A model generated the notes under the pieces. The model did not search any database. It saw nothing but the letters and a program-made list of their open reading frames with translations, and was not told the DNA's origin. This document shows positions 1 to 13,128 of a stretch of DNA of 64,000 nucleotides, in pieces. The DNA lies in assembly GCA_964016885.1 (NCBI GenBank), contig OZ024741.1, forward strand, positions 108,066,001 through 108,130,000, given 5' to 3'. The translations under genes and the position numbers were made by a program. Source of the DNA: Eledone cirrhosa (Eukaryota). Each line of letters starts with the position of its first letter. Position 1 is the stretch's first letter.

Positions 1-1475
1 TACCACTTCTAGCAGTCTCTCTCTCTCTGTTAGCCTCCTCCTCAACTTTCACTCACTCATTCTCTGTCACTACCTCTCCTCGTCCTCTTTCCTCCTCCTC
101 CTTCAAGTTTGACCTGTGTGTAATTATTTTCTCGCGCGGTCTTGACCGAGCTGGTATGGAATATTTTTCTCTTTCTCTTTCGTCTGCGACTTCACAAAAC
201 TTGCGTTTACCGAATTCGTAGACCAGACCCTTTATCTTCTTCTTCTTCTTCTTCTTCTTCTTCTTCTTCTTCTTCTTCTTCTTCTTCTTCTTCTTCTTCT
301 TCTTCTTCTTCTTCTTCTTCTTCTTCTTCTTCTTCTTCTTCTTCTTCTTCTTCTTCTTCTTCTTCTTCTTCTTCTTCTTCTTCTTCCTCTTCTCTCCTTT
401 CTCTCTCTCTCTTTTTTCCCCCCCGTCAGACTTGGGCGAAATTCTTTCCTTGCTCACATTTCAACCAGGTTTGATGGTCTTTCGTCTCTTGTTCACGATT
501 TCACAGAGTTTATATTCATAGAGATCTGGGACTTGTCTATTTCTACTCACTTTCCGTTGCTTAAACTTTTTTGTTGTTACTCTAGCGTCCCCCTTTGTTT
601 ACGTGTCCCAACGACTTTTTTTAGCCGTTGTTCGCACCAACCTGAGGCATATGGCCCTTAAAGCGATGAAATGCCGAGGACGGTTGGAGGGTCACTGATG
701 AAGGACTCACTTTTTCCTATGTATCCCATTTGCAACGCCGCAGCTCCATTATTATCATATTTACACATATATTTTTTCCATGCTGCCTTCGTCTGTTTCG
801 TTCCTTGTATCTTTACCACTTCTAGCAGTCTCTCTCTCTCTGTTAGCCTCCTCCTCAACTTTCACTCACTCATTCTCTGTCATTACCTCTCCTCGTCCTC
901 TTTCCTCCTCCTCCTTCAAGTTTGACCTGTGTGTAATTCTTTTCTCGCGCGGTCTTGACCGAGCTGGTATGGAATTTTTTTCTCTCTCTCTTTCGTCTGC
1001 GACTTCACAAAACTTGCGTTTACCGAATTCGTAGACCAGACCCCTTTATCTTCTTCTTCTTCTTCTTCTTCTTCTTCTTCTTCTTCTTCTTCTTCTTCTT
1101 CTTCTTCTTCTTCTTCTTCTTCTTCTTCTTCTTCTTCTTCTTCTTCTTCTTCTCTCCTTTCTCTCTCTCTCTTTTTCCCCCCCGTCAAACTTGGGCGAAA
1201 TTCTTTCCTTGCTCACATTTCAACCAGGTTTGATGGTCTTTCGTCTCTTGTTCACGATTTCACAGAGTTTATATTCATAGAGATCTGGGACTTGTCTATT
1301 TCTACTCACTTTCCGTTGCTTAAACTTTTTTGTTGTTACTCTAGCGTCCCCCTTTGTTTACGTGACCCAACGACTTTTTTTAGCCGTTGTTCGCACCAAC
1401 CTGAGGCATATGGCCCTTAAAGCGATGAAATGCCGAGGACGGTTGGAGGGTCACTGATGAAGGACTCACTTTTTC
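1..1475. repeat. Tandem duplication (~813-bp period) of a pyrimidine-rich repeat with a (TTC)n tract
   Basis: Sequence at 1 restarts at 814 and continues near-identically to ~1475; TTC tract shorter in copy 2; related to the tandem at 19620-20485. Confidence 0.9.
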
Positions 1476-1478
1476 TTA

Positions 1479-1525
<47 letters not shown>

Positions 1526-1750
1526 CTGTGACTTTGTCTAGTTTGTGTATATGTAAATCTTTATATTTAATAATCTCCCATAAGGTTGAGATGCAATTTG
1601 GGCAATATTGGGCTGCGCTTTCTAGCAACCAACCCACTCGCCGTAAGCAATCACATTCTTTCTGACTTGACCACTGCCACGTCACAATTCTTAGCCATTT
1701 TGAATTCGTGTCTGGCGGGGACCACTTTAGAAAATAATCTGTCCTAACGA

Positions 1751-1840
1751 GTTTGTCTCCTGATGAGTTCGAAGCTCAAGATTTTATCCTAAATAGGATA
1801 TATCAAAATGCGGACGAAACCCGAGGGTATGGACATAAAC
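1751..1840 (+). ncRNA. Type I hammerhead ribozyme motif
   Basis: CTGATGA (1760-66); stem II GTTCG/CGGAC enclosing hairpin TATCCT-AAAT-AGGATA; GAAA (1816-19); stem III CCC-GA-GGG; TA; stem I TGTCT/GGACA after one mismatch. Confidence 0.7.
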
Positions 1841-2207
1841 CTGGTATATGTATAAGCATTTCTTCTAACTTTAATTTTATACCTAATTGTGTATGGTTGG
1901 TGGTATATTTAATCGATTTCCACGTGCTGTTGAAATGTTGGGTAAGTATTCTATGGCGGTTGGCCGCGAAGAGATTGCTATCGTTTATTTATATATTATA
2001 TCTTCATAGGTGCCTTTTAATCTTATAGCCTGGTCTAAATGACTTTTTGTGTGGCTAATTATGCTAATTGGGAGAGGAAATGGTGTATATATATTATCAA
2101 ATGATTCTTTGGCCATACTTTATAGTATATATATATATATGTATATATATATAGGCGTGTAGTATATATAGGCGTGTAGTATATATATATATATGTATAT
2201 ATATATG

Positions 2208-2330
2208 AAGGCGTGTGGCTGAGGGGTTAGAGAATTGGATTCACAATCTTGAGGTTGTGAGTTCGATTCCTGGCCCGGGCGATGCGTTATGTCCTTGAGC
2301 AAGGCACTTTATTTCACGTTGCTCCTTCTA
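2208..2330 (+). mobile_element. tRNA-derived SINE with CORE-like domain, truncated
   Basis: A box TGGCTGAGGGG, B box GTTCGATTCC, followed by TGTCCTTGAGCAAGGCACTT (CORE-like). Confidence 0.75.
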
Positions 2331-2699
2331 CCTGGAGTTGCGACCGATAGATAGTATTAGCAACTGGAAAGACCAACGGAAACATTGTTTCCTCGGTCCG
2401 ATTTGACGAAAGTCGATCGCTAAAAAAAAAATAAAAAAAAATACATTATAGATAGATAGATAGATAGATACATATATACATATATATATATATAGTAAAG
2501 TATGCGTTAGTTAATCAGAGACACTATTATATGCATGATAGACCAATCTACAAACTACACAGGTGGATCTGTTTTCTCCGGAGTATAATTAGAATCATGA
2601 AGTACAATCTCGCCGTTGTATATATTTCAGTGATAACCGTTATGCGACAGTTATGACATCATGAGAGAGCTAGAAGTTGGACAGAAAAAACAGAAAAAT

Positions 2700-3990
2700 A
2701 TAAAGAAATAAAAATTACTCCTGTTATATCTCGGTTTTCTTACTCAGATAGAAGCTGAAAATGCCTGATCTGCCTCTGTATGATGCTACCTCCTCGGGTA
2801 CAAGTTTATGGAGGTACCCACAGATTGAGGCGGATCTGGCATTTAAAGACCAGTATGGGCATATAGAACCCAACTACTATCAAATCATTGACTTTGTTCT
2901 GCACGGTAACTCATTCCCAGTAGCGCTATAGGAGAATATATTTCCATCTGCCGTAAAGGAATAAAGCAGAAAAATGGCAATTCCTCTCTTTCGTCTGCCG
3001 ACGCGATCCACGCGGATGGTTGTAAAACTACTCCTTATCCTTACTTCGGCTTCAAGTGAGATTGTCGAGATGGGTCTCAGTCAGGATGAAGAAAGTGATG
3101 TGGCTGGTGTTGATTGTTCCAGTGGGCTTGTTTTGTATTTGCTTTTTCAGTGACAGCAATGGGAAGAGTTGGTGCACAGGGGTAATAACATAGGATGGTG
3201 TTGTATGATAGCTATAAGGTTCTTTTGTATCACTTTTGCCAGGTTCATCATGGTTAAAAAAGTGTTTTCTTGTTTAGGGAGCAGTTGTAGACTCTAGGCA
3301 TGGTTGCACTGTGGAGAAGATTATAATTCCCACTTTTGGGAGTGTGTTGGTTTTTGTACCTTCGTGACCAGTATTACTGCAGCAGTGGGGTGGGATTTTA
3401 CTGTGGGATAGGTGTTGACTTGTAGCCCCATTTCTTTTAGTGTGTTGAGCCTCTCGAAGATAATTGAAGGGACATTCATGCTGCAGACATAGTTTCTCGC
3501 ATTGGGAATACCAGCAGATTTTAACATTACGGATTACGCGAGTTTTAGAATTTGGTTTAGTATTTGGTTGATTTGATGTTACTGTGGGATGGGTGCTTTG
3601 GCTTCGGCTGGTAGAGTTCATATGAATTGTGCGTATCGTCCCAGGTAAGTGCTTGATGATGCATTCACTGCGTGTGCAGAGCCTCTGGTGTAGTGAATAA
3701 AAGCATATTTTAAGATTTCGTATTTGAGTTGTTGGGGTCGCATTCTGCTTCATACATTTTGACAGGTTTATCATAGTAGCTCTTCCTGTTGTTGTTGTTG
3801 TGGCTATTCTAATAGCTGTTCTTGTTGATTTGAAGAAAATATATGGAGAAGTTTTCAAAGTGACTCTGAGTTTATTTGAACGAGACCTCGTTATGTTTAT
3901 GTTTGCTTTGCATCTCTTTCACAGACATCGTGTTGAATATTTGGGCTTTCTTTCTGCAATATGATTCAAGCATGAATCGTCTATATTTTC
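2700..3990 (-). mobile_element. Decayed 5' part of a CR1/L2-like LINE (ORF1 end with CCCH-like fingers, start of APE endonuclease)
   Basis: ORF 3274-3858 has two KIC(F/W)YS..C..C repeats; downstream frameshifted FILTETHLDN..EAEVRI..TIRVDRVGRRKRGIAIF resembles the APE N-terminus. Confidence 0.6.
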
Positions 3991-4193
3991 TATTTAGGAG
4001 AGACAAAACCATGTATTTATGAAAAGGTCGATTTCATTCTCAGATCAATTTAATTTTTTGTGAGCGCGTTGTATATACATCTTTTTTTAAATTGTATAAT
4101 GTCCTCTCTGATGCATTAGTCAGTTCTAAACAGCCGAGGTTTACTTTAGAGAATATTCTCAATATTTCAAGAGTGTAGCAGAAAAGGCGAAAC

Positions 4194-4238
4194 ACAATTT
4201 TGATAAAGGGCAATAACCCCGAAACTATTGTCGATTGT
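4194..4238 (+). ncRNA. Minimal HHR, U3-A8 core variant
   Basis: ACAATT-TTGATAA-AGGGCAATAACCCC-GAAA-CTATTG-TC-GATTGT; 6-bp stem I, GGG/CCC stem II. Confidence 0.65.
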
Positions 4239-4500
4239 TTCATTATGCTCCCGCCTGAACAAAAGAATAACGATAGTCCTCTAACACACATTTCGTTGCG
4301 AGGCTCTTTGCTTGCAAACAAATCGAATATCAATAATATTATTATTTTATAATGTGTGTCAGCGATTTTTTTTCTTTTAATTTACGGCAAAGCCAGCCGT
4401 AAAATCGCTCAGTATGCAAATTAGGCTAATCAGCTGAAGTATACTTTACATAATTCTATATATTCTCAAGAGTTCTTGTGTGCAGCACAAAAGGAAATAC

Positions 4501-4544
4501 ACAATCTTGACAAGGGCAATAAGGTCGAAACATTTGTCTATCGT
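4501..4544 (+). ncRNA. Diverged paralogous U3-A8 HHR (tandem copy)
   Basis: ACAATC-TTGACAA-GGGCAATAAGGTC-GAAA-CATTTG-TC-TATCGT within a ~310-bp-spaced duplication. Confidence 0.45.
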
Positions 4545-4630
4545 CTCTCGATGGTACAACAAGAAAAATAAGATGACGATAGTCGTCTAACACAGATGGC
4601 GTGTCCGATATGTTAGAGCCAAAGAAATAT

Positions 4631-4682
<52 letters not shown>

Positions 4683-4872
4683 ATAATAAAAGTATGTGTT
4701 CCTACATGTAAATAATACACATAGGGATACAAGTAGACTCCGACCGTATGCAAGTGGTGGTTCAATGGCAAGTTAATAAATTAACAAGCCAGAACATATA
4801 AAATCAAGGGAAAGCAAATAAAGAAAAAAATTTAAAATAAATTACTAAAAATTCACTGTACTTACAATATGT

Positions 4873-4954
4873 GCCTTTACGGCGGTTTCAGATCCTCAAA
4901 CAAATAGATAATCCTAGCGGATTTCCATTGAGAAAGAGATCCGCGCCAGAAGGC
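4873..4954 (-). ncRNA. Decayed HHR (core mutated)
   Basis: Minus strand: GCCTT-CTGGCGC-GGATCT...GGATCT-GAAA-CCGCCG-TA-AAGGC; stem I perfect, core has two substitutions. Confidence 0.4.
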
Positions 4955-5407
4955 TTTTCTCTCTCGGAGAATATAAGATTCCCGAGTTCAAAATACAAAC
5001 TGGCGCCATACAAAACTGCCCCAACAAATTAATGATAAAACAATTTTGTCTACTAACGTGTGCAAAAATTGAAAGCAAGGTGGGCAGGTCAATCTCTCGG
5101 TACTAAAAATAGCAGCCGTTCAAATGACCAACATTTTCTCTACCGTTGGGGAGAATAATAATAAAAGTATGTGTTCCTACATGTAAATAATACACATAGG
5201 GATACAAGTATAGTCCTACCGAATTTGGGATCTGAAACCGCGGTAAAAACACATATAGTAAGTACGGTGAATTTTTTGAAATTGAATTAAAATTTTTTTC
5301 TTTATTTGCTTTCCCTTGATTTTATATATATATGTAGATCCCGGGTTAAATCGGAGATAACCACAGTAAGTAAGGTACTCAATACATAGCAGAGTAAAAG
5401 TAATTTA

Positions 5408-5521
5408 ATATAGAAATGGCTTTTACAGGACTAGAAACGTTTAATTCGGAGGAAATCATCAGAAAGCTGATGATTTTCTCCGAATGAAACAGTTCTAGTC
5501 TTGTAGAAGCCATTTCTATAT
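5408..5521. repeat. Fold-back palindrome (55-bp arms, 4-nt loop) centred on an HHR-like core
   Basis: ATATAGAAATGGC...TCATCAG-AAAG-CTGATGA...GCCATTTCTATAT; right arm has CTGATGA..GAAAC. Confidence 0.85.
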
Positions 5522-5699
5522 CAAATATATATATATATATGTGTGTTAATCGTTGGTCAATCAATGATAAGCATTGATTGCCAAATAAATTAACTATGGA
5601 GATATAAAAGATACAGAAGCGAAAACCAACCAAGCTGTGAGTGTGTTCTGTTATTATTTCTGACAATATTACTACAAAAATATGACCCTCCTCAAGTAT

Positions 5700-5860
<161 letters not shown>

Positions 5861-5902
5861 TAGGTAAATATACACGGGTGTGTATGATTGTGTATAGAAG
5901 AT

Positions 5903-6289
5903 TATATTAATAAGAGGAATTCCAACTTTGTCTGATTTACTCGTTTTATTTACAATCCTTTAGAATATATATAATGGTATTATAATGAAATAGTATGATA
6001 GAATATTAAATTCTAAGTGTTAATTGAACAAGTACTTTCATGCTTTCGCAATCTGCAGGTTCATGATATGTGGTGACAGTCGAGTTTGCAATTTTCAACT
6101 GTTGAAAATTGCAAACTCGACTGTCACCACATATCATGGACCTGAAGATTGCGAAAGCATGAAAGTACTTGTTCAATTAACACTTAGAATTTAATATTCT
6201 ATCATACTATTTCATTATAATACCATTATATATATTTTAAAGGATTGTAAATAAAACGAGTAAATCAGACAAAGTTGGAATTCCTCTTA

Positions 6290-6297
<8 letters not shown>
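5903..6297. repeat. Near-perfect ~395-bp palindrome
   Basis: Centre GCAATTTTCAAC-T-GTTGAAAATTGC at ~6099; arms reverse-complementary out to AT-rich flanks. Confidence 0.95.
6137..6175 (+). ncRNA. Minimal HHR in palindrome arm
   Basis: TGGAC-CTGAAGA-TTGC-GAAA-GCAT-GAAA-GTAC-TT-GTTCA; GNRA-capped stem II, palindromic AAGTACTT stem III; mirror copy 6025-6063 (-) has core CTGCAGA. Confidence 0.75.
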
Positions 6298-6346
<49 letters not shown>

Positions 6347-6550
6347 GGGTCCTACTAGTTCCTATATATATATATATATATATATATATAGGAACTAGTA
6401 GGACCCCGACGGCTGAGCTCAAGCCGTTTCGACGGCTAATTCTGGACTCTGAGTCCAGAATTACTCGTTCCTATTACCCACTCTACTACCCTAAGTATTG
6501 AGTACTTTGTTGCGTTATGGTCCACCTGGTTCCTTACCACACTTCCTTCG

Positions 6551-6635
<85 letters not shown>

Positions 6636-6836
6636 GCCGTCCAGAAATACCCGTCGAAACGGCTTGAGCTCTGCCGTCGGGGTCCTGAACCGTTTCCTAT
6701 TACCCACTCTACTACCCAAAGTATGGAGTACTCTGCTGTGATATGGTCCACCTTGTTCCTTACCACACTTCCTTCGTTATATATATATATATATATATAT
6801 ATACATAGAGAGAGAGAGAGAGAGAGAGGGGAAGAG

Positions 6837-6933
<97 letters not shown>

Positions 6934-8529
6934 AAGTAATGATAATAAATGTGACGTCCAAGATCCAAAGAGGGCTCGATAAAGATAAATATATATCAAA
7001 TATATAAGAACCATAGAGCAAGCATTTATTAAAATAACAGATTAAAGTTTAAGCAAAGAATCGTTGCTTTCAGTCTTAACGGGATCTTCTGTGAACGCAG
7101 AAGTAAATATTTCGAAACACGTTGCAACTGCAGGAAGACAATACTTTGGTTCGTGAAGACATTCCCTGGCAACGAACTGAAAACAGCGAAGATATTACGT
7201 CGCTATGTGGAGCGATGAACACAATTACACGCAAAGACAAAACTACGTTTATGGTATAAATGGAGTCATTAGACTAATATTCCATTTAGGAAACCGAATA
7301 ATTCTCGGCTTCGGAGTTAAGAATAATGTAAATGAAATAGTTCAACGAAAATGACAGAGGTTATTAAAATCATAAAAGTAATAACAATTAAATATATACA
7401 TACACACATCTATATACGTACAAACACGTGCTTACGCGAAAACACACAACATGCATGCATATACATGCACGTACACATAAACACGCGCACACGTACGAAA
7501 AACAGCGCGACACATATACCCGCACATATACGAACGTATACATCAAATACACACATATATATGTGTGGGTGTAAGTGTATACATATAATTATATATAAAT
7601 ATATAAATATGCACGCAAAAAAGCGTATATAACGCAAACACTCATACCTACAGGTAAATACACATGTTCACCAAACGTACTTATACCAAAACCCTATGTA
7701 CACATATACACACACCATACATACGTGCAAACACACATACACACTCATACATACCCATAAATAAACACATACATACATATATGTGTATCTATAAAAAAAA
7801 TACCAACATACATATATACATATAAATACATATTCACTCACCCGCACATGCAAACATACAGCAACTCATACACATACCCAACGATAACCAATATATATAT
7901 ATATATATATATATACAGATATACACACACATATGCACACATATACATATATATACATATACATGTATACATATATATATATACACACGTATACATACAT
8001 GTATACATATATACACATATACATACCTATACATAAACACCCATATATATATATATATATATCATATAAATCCATACAGGCAAATATAAACAAACATTAT
8101 ACACATTCATACACATACACATACACACATACCCATACATCCACACACATCGCGCGCGCACACACACACACACATACACACACACACATATATACACACA
8201 TATATATACACATACATACATATATATACAAGATACACATAAATATACGTAAATATACACTAAAATATATATACACACACATATACGCACATATACGCAT
8301 ACAGATATACACGCACAAACACGAAATACACATATACACATAACCATATACATACATGCCAGTATATATAATATATACACCTATGACAAATACAAGCATA
8401 TATACGTACCTCAACAAACATAGGGGTAAGGTATGCTTACCTATACAACTAAGTAATTGTATAAATATAAAAATATACTTATCTACCACATCAAGACGTA
8501 AATTATCCGCGTATTGTTCGTATTATCCG

Positions 8530-10600
8530 TTAGGGTATAACGTGGGGCTGTAATACAAGAAAGTGTTATGCAATTTGTGTTTACAAGCCGAAATTGCCTT
8601 AGATTTTTTGTTTAAGATGTTATCATTGTCGTAGAGTATTTCCAGGGCTTCAGCGGCGCAAAGATCGCATGGTCTTTTATTTCCATTATACGATCTGGCT
8701 CTAGCTAGGATCTCCCAGTGTAATCTATATTGGGTGTGGTTGTCTTTTAGACTCCAGATATAAGCAGAAAGAGACGTCATGTTCCTTCTTAAACGGTTAA
8801 GAAAAGAATGGGCGAGCATGTAATGATGCTGCTTGAATTTACTGGCGCTTAACCCTATGTAGGCCCTACTAGACGTGGGTGTGTCGACCTTACATTTGTA
8901 GACAATGCTACTGGAGAGGCATTTCCAGATAGAGGGCAGTCTTCTCGATTTCTACAATTACAGTTAGTACAAGCTACAGCGTTGCACGTGTTACTACAGC
9001 TAGGTAATTTAGCTAAATTTGAAGCAGTGATGTTATGTACAAAGTTAGGACTCGTGGAGTAAGAAATGTTAACGGTATTTCTATTAAAAATGTTATTATA
9101 GTTATGTACTGAGGGGAAATTCTTCTTAATAAGGGAGAGAAAGATCTTAGCTAATGGTGTAGCCACCTCCATATTATATGGCCGGTTATACCATATAATG
9201 CGTTGGGATCTATTTTTCCTATATACTTAGTATATGCTACCTTATCGACAAATCCACACCGAGCAAGAGATTCATTGTAATATATGGAATGGTCGATGGA
9301 AATATGTTCGTTTGTGGATAGACGTGAAAGCCTCAAAGAAACGTTTCTTACCAGGTTCTTGGTTATGCTGGCAGGATGGTTAGAATGCTTACTTATGTAA
9401 TTAATCGTATCATTCGGCTTTCTATACGAGTAGTGCAAGCCATTCGACAAATTGAGGGTAACATCGAGGTAATTAACGACCGAGAGGTTGGCCTCAACTT
9501 GTATGGAGAGGTTGAAGCCTTTAAAGAAGGCTGTGAGGTCTTTTCTGAACCTGTCGCAAGCGCGTGGACCGCACTTTGTTGTAGTCAAAAGACTGCCATC
9601 GCAGTACAAACCACCGCCCACATTGGGGAATTCTTCATTGATAGAGAAAATAAGGAAAAGGCAGATAAGATCTGTAACCTCTGCCGAATCACTGGCGCCC
9701 ATACTCACGTCGAATGGGGTACTATTAGATTTTTTATCCAAATAGAATCGTCGAAATTAATCACCGACTTACGGACATTGAGGGTGACATCAATTTCGAA
9801 ATCCTTAACCACCGTGAGCGTTTTAGCGAAACTGATAGCTCTAAGAAGAAGTGGTAAAGTGATGGAGGAGTAGTTGATGTCGAATTAGATAAAACGGTAT
9901 TGTTCCTTGTTGCATATGCCATTGAGCCAATCAATCACCGCCAAAGAATTATTCCACAGTGAAAGAAGGACCAAGCTTCTAATTTCAGGTATAATTCCAT
10001 CTAAAATTCTGTTACTAAGTCTACCTAAATCAGACTTCGTAGAGTTAATTAGCCGAATAGAACGGTTTTTGGCGAAATTGAGTTTGTGATCCTTCGGGGG
10101 TAAAGTTGGGAAAAATAGGGTCCAGAGGTTCGGTCCGGTCCTGGATGTTGAATTCTGAAGTGATTTTAAAACCAGCATCGGTTTTCCGGTAATCCTTGGT
10201 TACAGCATTATGTAGTTTTTGGTATGTAGTGCGCTCCAATTGATATAGATTACCAGTTTTTTCGGAGTTGACGTGCTCGGCCTTAGAATCCTTAATAGAA
10301 CGAATGCTATCCTTCAGTTCCTTTTGGAAGGAATTGCTCCTGTTCCGAAATTCGATACTCCGTATTAGTTCCAGGACATCGTTTTTGAAAGGTAATACAC
10401 CTGGAGAGTTATTATAAGTTTTAAATCCAAATTTATCCTGTTTATTGTCCGCTTTCTCCTGGTTTTCGAAATAAAAGGCTCGTCAACACAACCTTATAAG
10501 GAACGAATCTGTTTCTTGTATAAGAAGCTTTAAATATGTCTTCCTGCTAGGTACGGGTATGTTCTTTGTAGAAATATTCAGGTGTTGTTTCTGCACGTTG
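8530..10600 (-). pseudogene. PLE RT + GIY-YIG ORF with frameshifts and stops
   Basis: ISTKNIPVPS..; EKTGNLY; IRLINSTKSDLGRLS; FDVSMGASDSAEV..GLYCDG; VNYLDVTLNL..YRKPN; CNCRNREDCPLSG..; WEILARA..CDLC..E..LNKKS..CKH. Confidence 0.9.
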
Positions 10601-11015
10601 AATATAAGTAGAGTGCTTAACCAAGGGAGCCAAATAGAAGTAACAATAAATGTGAAGTCCAAAATCCAAGACGGGCTCGATAAGGATGTGTGCGTTATAT
10701 ACGCTTTTTTGCGTGTATATTTATATATGTATATATAATTATATATATACACGCGCGCGCGCGCGCACACACACACATATATATATATGTGTGTGTATAT
10801 GGTGTATACGTTCGTATTTGAGCGGGTATATGTGTCGCGCCGGTTTACGTACGTGTGCGGGTGTTTATATATACGTGCATGTATATGCATGCATGGCGTG
10901 TGTTTTTGCGTAAACACGTGTTTGTACGTATATAGATGTGGGTATGCATATATTTAATTGCTATTACCTTTATGATTTCAATAACTTCTGGGATTTTCGT
11001 TGAACTATTTTATTT

Positions 11016-11400
11016 AAACTAGCAAAAAAATCACCCTTCGGGTGGTTTTCTGCTGGCATGTGTGATGTGCATATTGATATTATACGCAAGTATATATGCA
11101 TGTAGATATGATACATCAAATAAAATCGTAATTGACAATATCCACAGAAATTGAACGAAGACTGCGTTACACTGTCTTATGTAATCAGTAACATAATCCA
11201 TGATACTTAAAAAAAAGACGATATTATATATAAACTATATTAGGAGAAAATCAGGGACGGAAATATATGAATGTTTATTTAAGCGATCGTTAAACGGAAG
11301 TGTTCACATTTGAACATTTTAAGGAAGTGAATCTTAAAATAACCAACAGAATTATTTATATTTAATCAAGAATACCGAAATTTAGTAGATAAATTATGTA
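11016..11400 (+). mobile_element. ~390-bp insertion starting with a hairpin (Helentron/HINE-like end, tentative)
   Basis: Absent from the inverted counterpart at ~7330; begins CTAGCAAAAAAATCACC-CTTCG-GGTGGTTTTCTGCTGG. Confidence 0.35.
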
Positions 11401-11765
11401 ATATTCATTCATTATTTATTCAAAGTAATCAAACTTATTTTACAAACGGTATAAAAAACATATATTCTGGACGCAGTCCCGCACTCCTTACTTTATCATA
11501 GTTTAGATAATTCTTAACTCCGAAGCCGAGAATCATTCGGTTTCCCAAATGGAATATTAGTCTAAGGACTCCATTTAAACCATAAACATAGTTTTGTCTA
11601 CGTGTAATTGTGCTCTCGCTCCACATAATGATGTATTATCTCTTCGCTTTTTTCCGTTCATTACCAGGGAACTTCCTCACGAACCAAAGTATCGTCTACC
11701 TGTTTTCCTTAGGTTGCTACGCTTTTCGAAATATTTACTTCTGCGTTCACAGATTGATCTTTTTT

Positions 11766-11816
11766 AGTTTCAGAAGATTCCGTTAAGGATGAAAGCAGCG
11801 ATTCTTTGCTTAAACT
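11766..11816 (+). ncRNA. HHR with U4A core (CAGAAGA) in PLE terminal repeat
   Basis: AGTTT-CAGAAGA-TTCC-GTTAA-GGAT-GAAA-GCA-GCGATTCTT-TGC-TT-AAACT; all three stems form. Confidence 0.7.
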
Positions 11817-12054
11817 TTAATCTCTTATTTTAATAAATAAATAAATATATATATATAAACATAATTTCGGCGAGATCGAATTTCGGCAGTGGTCGAAAAC
11901 AAAGCGAAACGCAATTTCCAAGATATGCGGCCAGCGCTCCATGGACTAAAAAAAGACCAGAGCAATAAACATAGGTTATAGAGGCCAAACAAACTGAAAA
12001 TGGCGGTCAAGAAGCCATCAGCCACCTAAGCCAAAAACAAGTCCAAAGAATGTT

Positions 12055-12187
12055 TACCTGGACCCCAGGAATTGATGGTATAATCCAGTAACGGGTTTCT
12101 GCGACACCTAAATCAATTATACTGCCTGCTTCCATATTTAGCTTTTGGTATAATGATCGAACAAGGCTGCCACTTCATCAACAGGTA
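12055..12187 (-). ncRNA. Extended type I HHR (C3U core)
   Basis: Minus strand: TACCTG-TTGATGA-AGTGGCA...TGTCGCA-GAAA-CCC...GGG-TC-CAGGTA. Confidence 0.6.
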
Positions 12188-12632
12188 TTTTGTTCTCAGC
12201 CAGCTAGCGGGATCCCGGCAGTAGTGATATGTAGTAGTGATGACCCCACGTGTATTACCCTGCAAGGGAGTTAACCCCAGTTTTTGGCGGATGAATTCAT
12301 GCAAGAATTGCTAAAACTATAAAATTAATGCAAGGATTACTAAAACTGCACAAATCGAATTAAGCTCTCGACCGGGTTGTTTTTAAAATAAACTTAAGCA
12401 ATTAATCAGTCAAAAGAATTATCTAATACAATTAACTGGTTAATTGCTAGGCCCGGGAGATTAATAGGAATATAATTTATATATAGATAAGTTTTAAATT
12501 ATTTATATGCATATATATATATATATATATATACGTGGAGAAATATATATAAAGGAGAACAAACCGCTAAAACATGTTTATTTAAAATAGCACCTACGTA
12601 CGTTTCGCCCGAAATATATATATATACAAATG

Positions 12633-12671
<39 letters not shown>

Positions 12672-13041
12672 TATATGATTTGTATATTTTACATTACTGC
12701 GGCGTAAACAAACCAACTTGCGTACAACGTCGAGTGCTCCAATCTGTATACTTAGGTGTCGGTAAATAACCAACATATACTCAAAATTTATGTATATATC
12801 ATTTGTATATATATGTGCATGTATATATAAATATATATTTAGATGAATTAGTACATGGCTGGCAAAAAGTCTCAGTTTCAATTAATGTAAACGTGGTCTA
12901 TTGTGACATGTAATAAATGTGCGGTTGTTGCGACGTTCTCTAATGAGAACTTCGAAAACATTAAAACTTGTATTAACTTCTTCGGCCGAGTTTACACTCA
13001 CCAAAAAAAGGTTTGTGTATTATACCTATAGTTATCTCTCC

Positions 13042-13128
<87 letters not shown>

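Larger units (their letters stand above)
6931..11840 (-). mobile_element. Penelope-like element (probably Naiad-type), decayed, with terminal repeat and inverted 5' copy of its 3' region
   Basis: ORF remnants 8530-10600; 6935-6990 repeats 10635-10690; 10690-11010 plus 11400-11840 is the reverse complement of ~7020-7640. Confidence 0.85.

Noticed and set aside
2208-2290. Functional tRNA gene
   Set aside because: A/B boxes run into a SINE body; no convincing complete cloverleaf
6636-6690. GAAACGGC..GCCGTC-GGGGTCC HHR half (similar halves at 5228-5246 and 12591-12611)
   Set aside because: Only the 3' half is present with no CTGANGA upstream; treated as truncated remnants
10483-10485. In-frame TGA in the Naiad-like PLE as possible selenocysteine
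   Set aside because: It falls at the Trp of an R-W-(K/R)-A-F motif (TGG>TGA), the finger cysteines are ordinary Cys codons, the ORF has other lesions and no SECIS was evident
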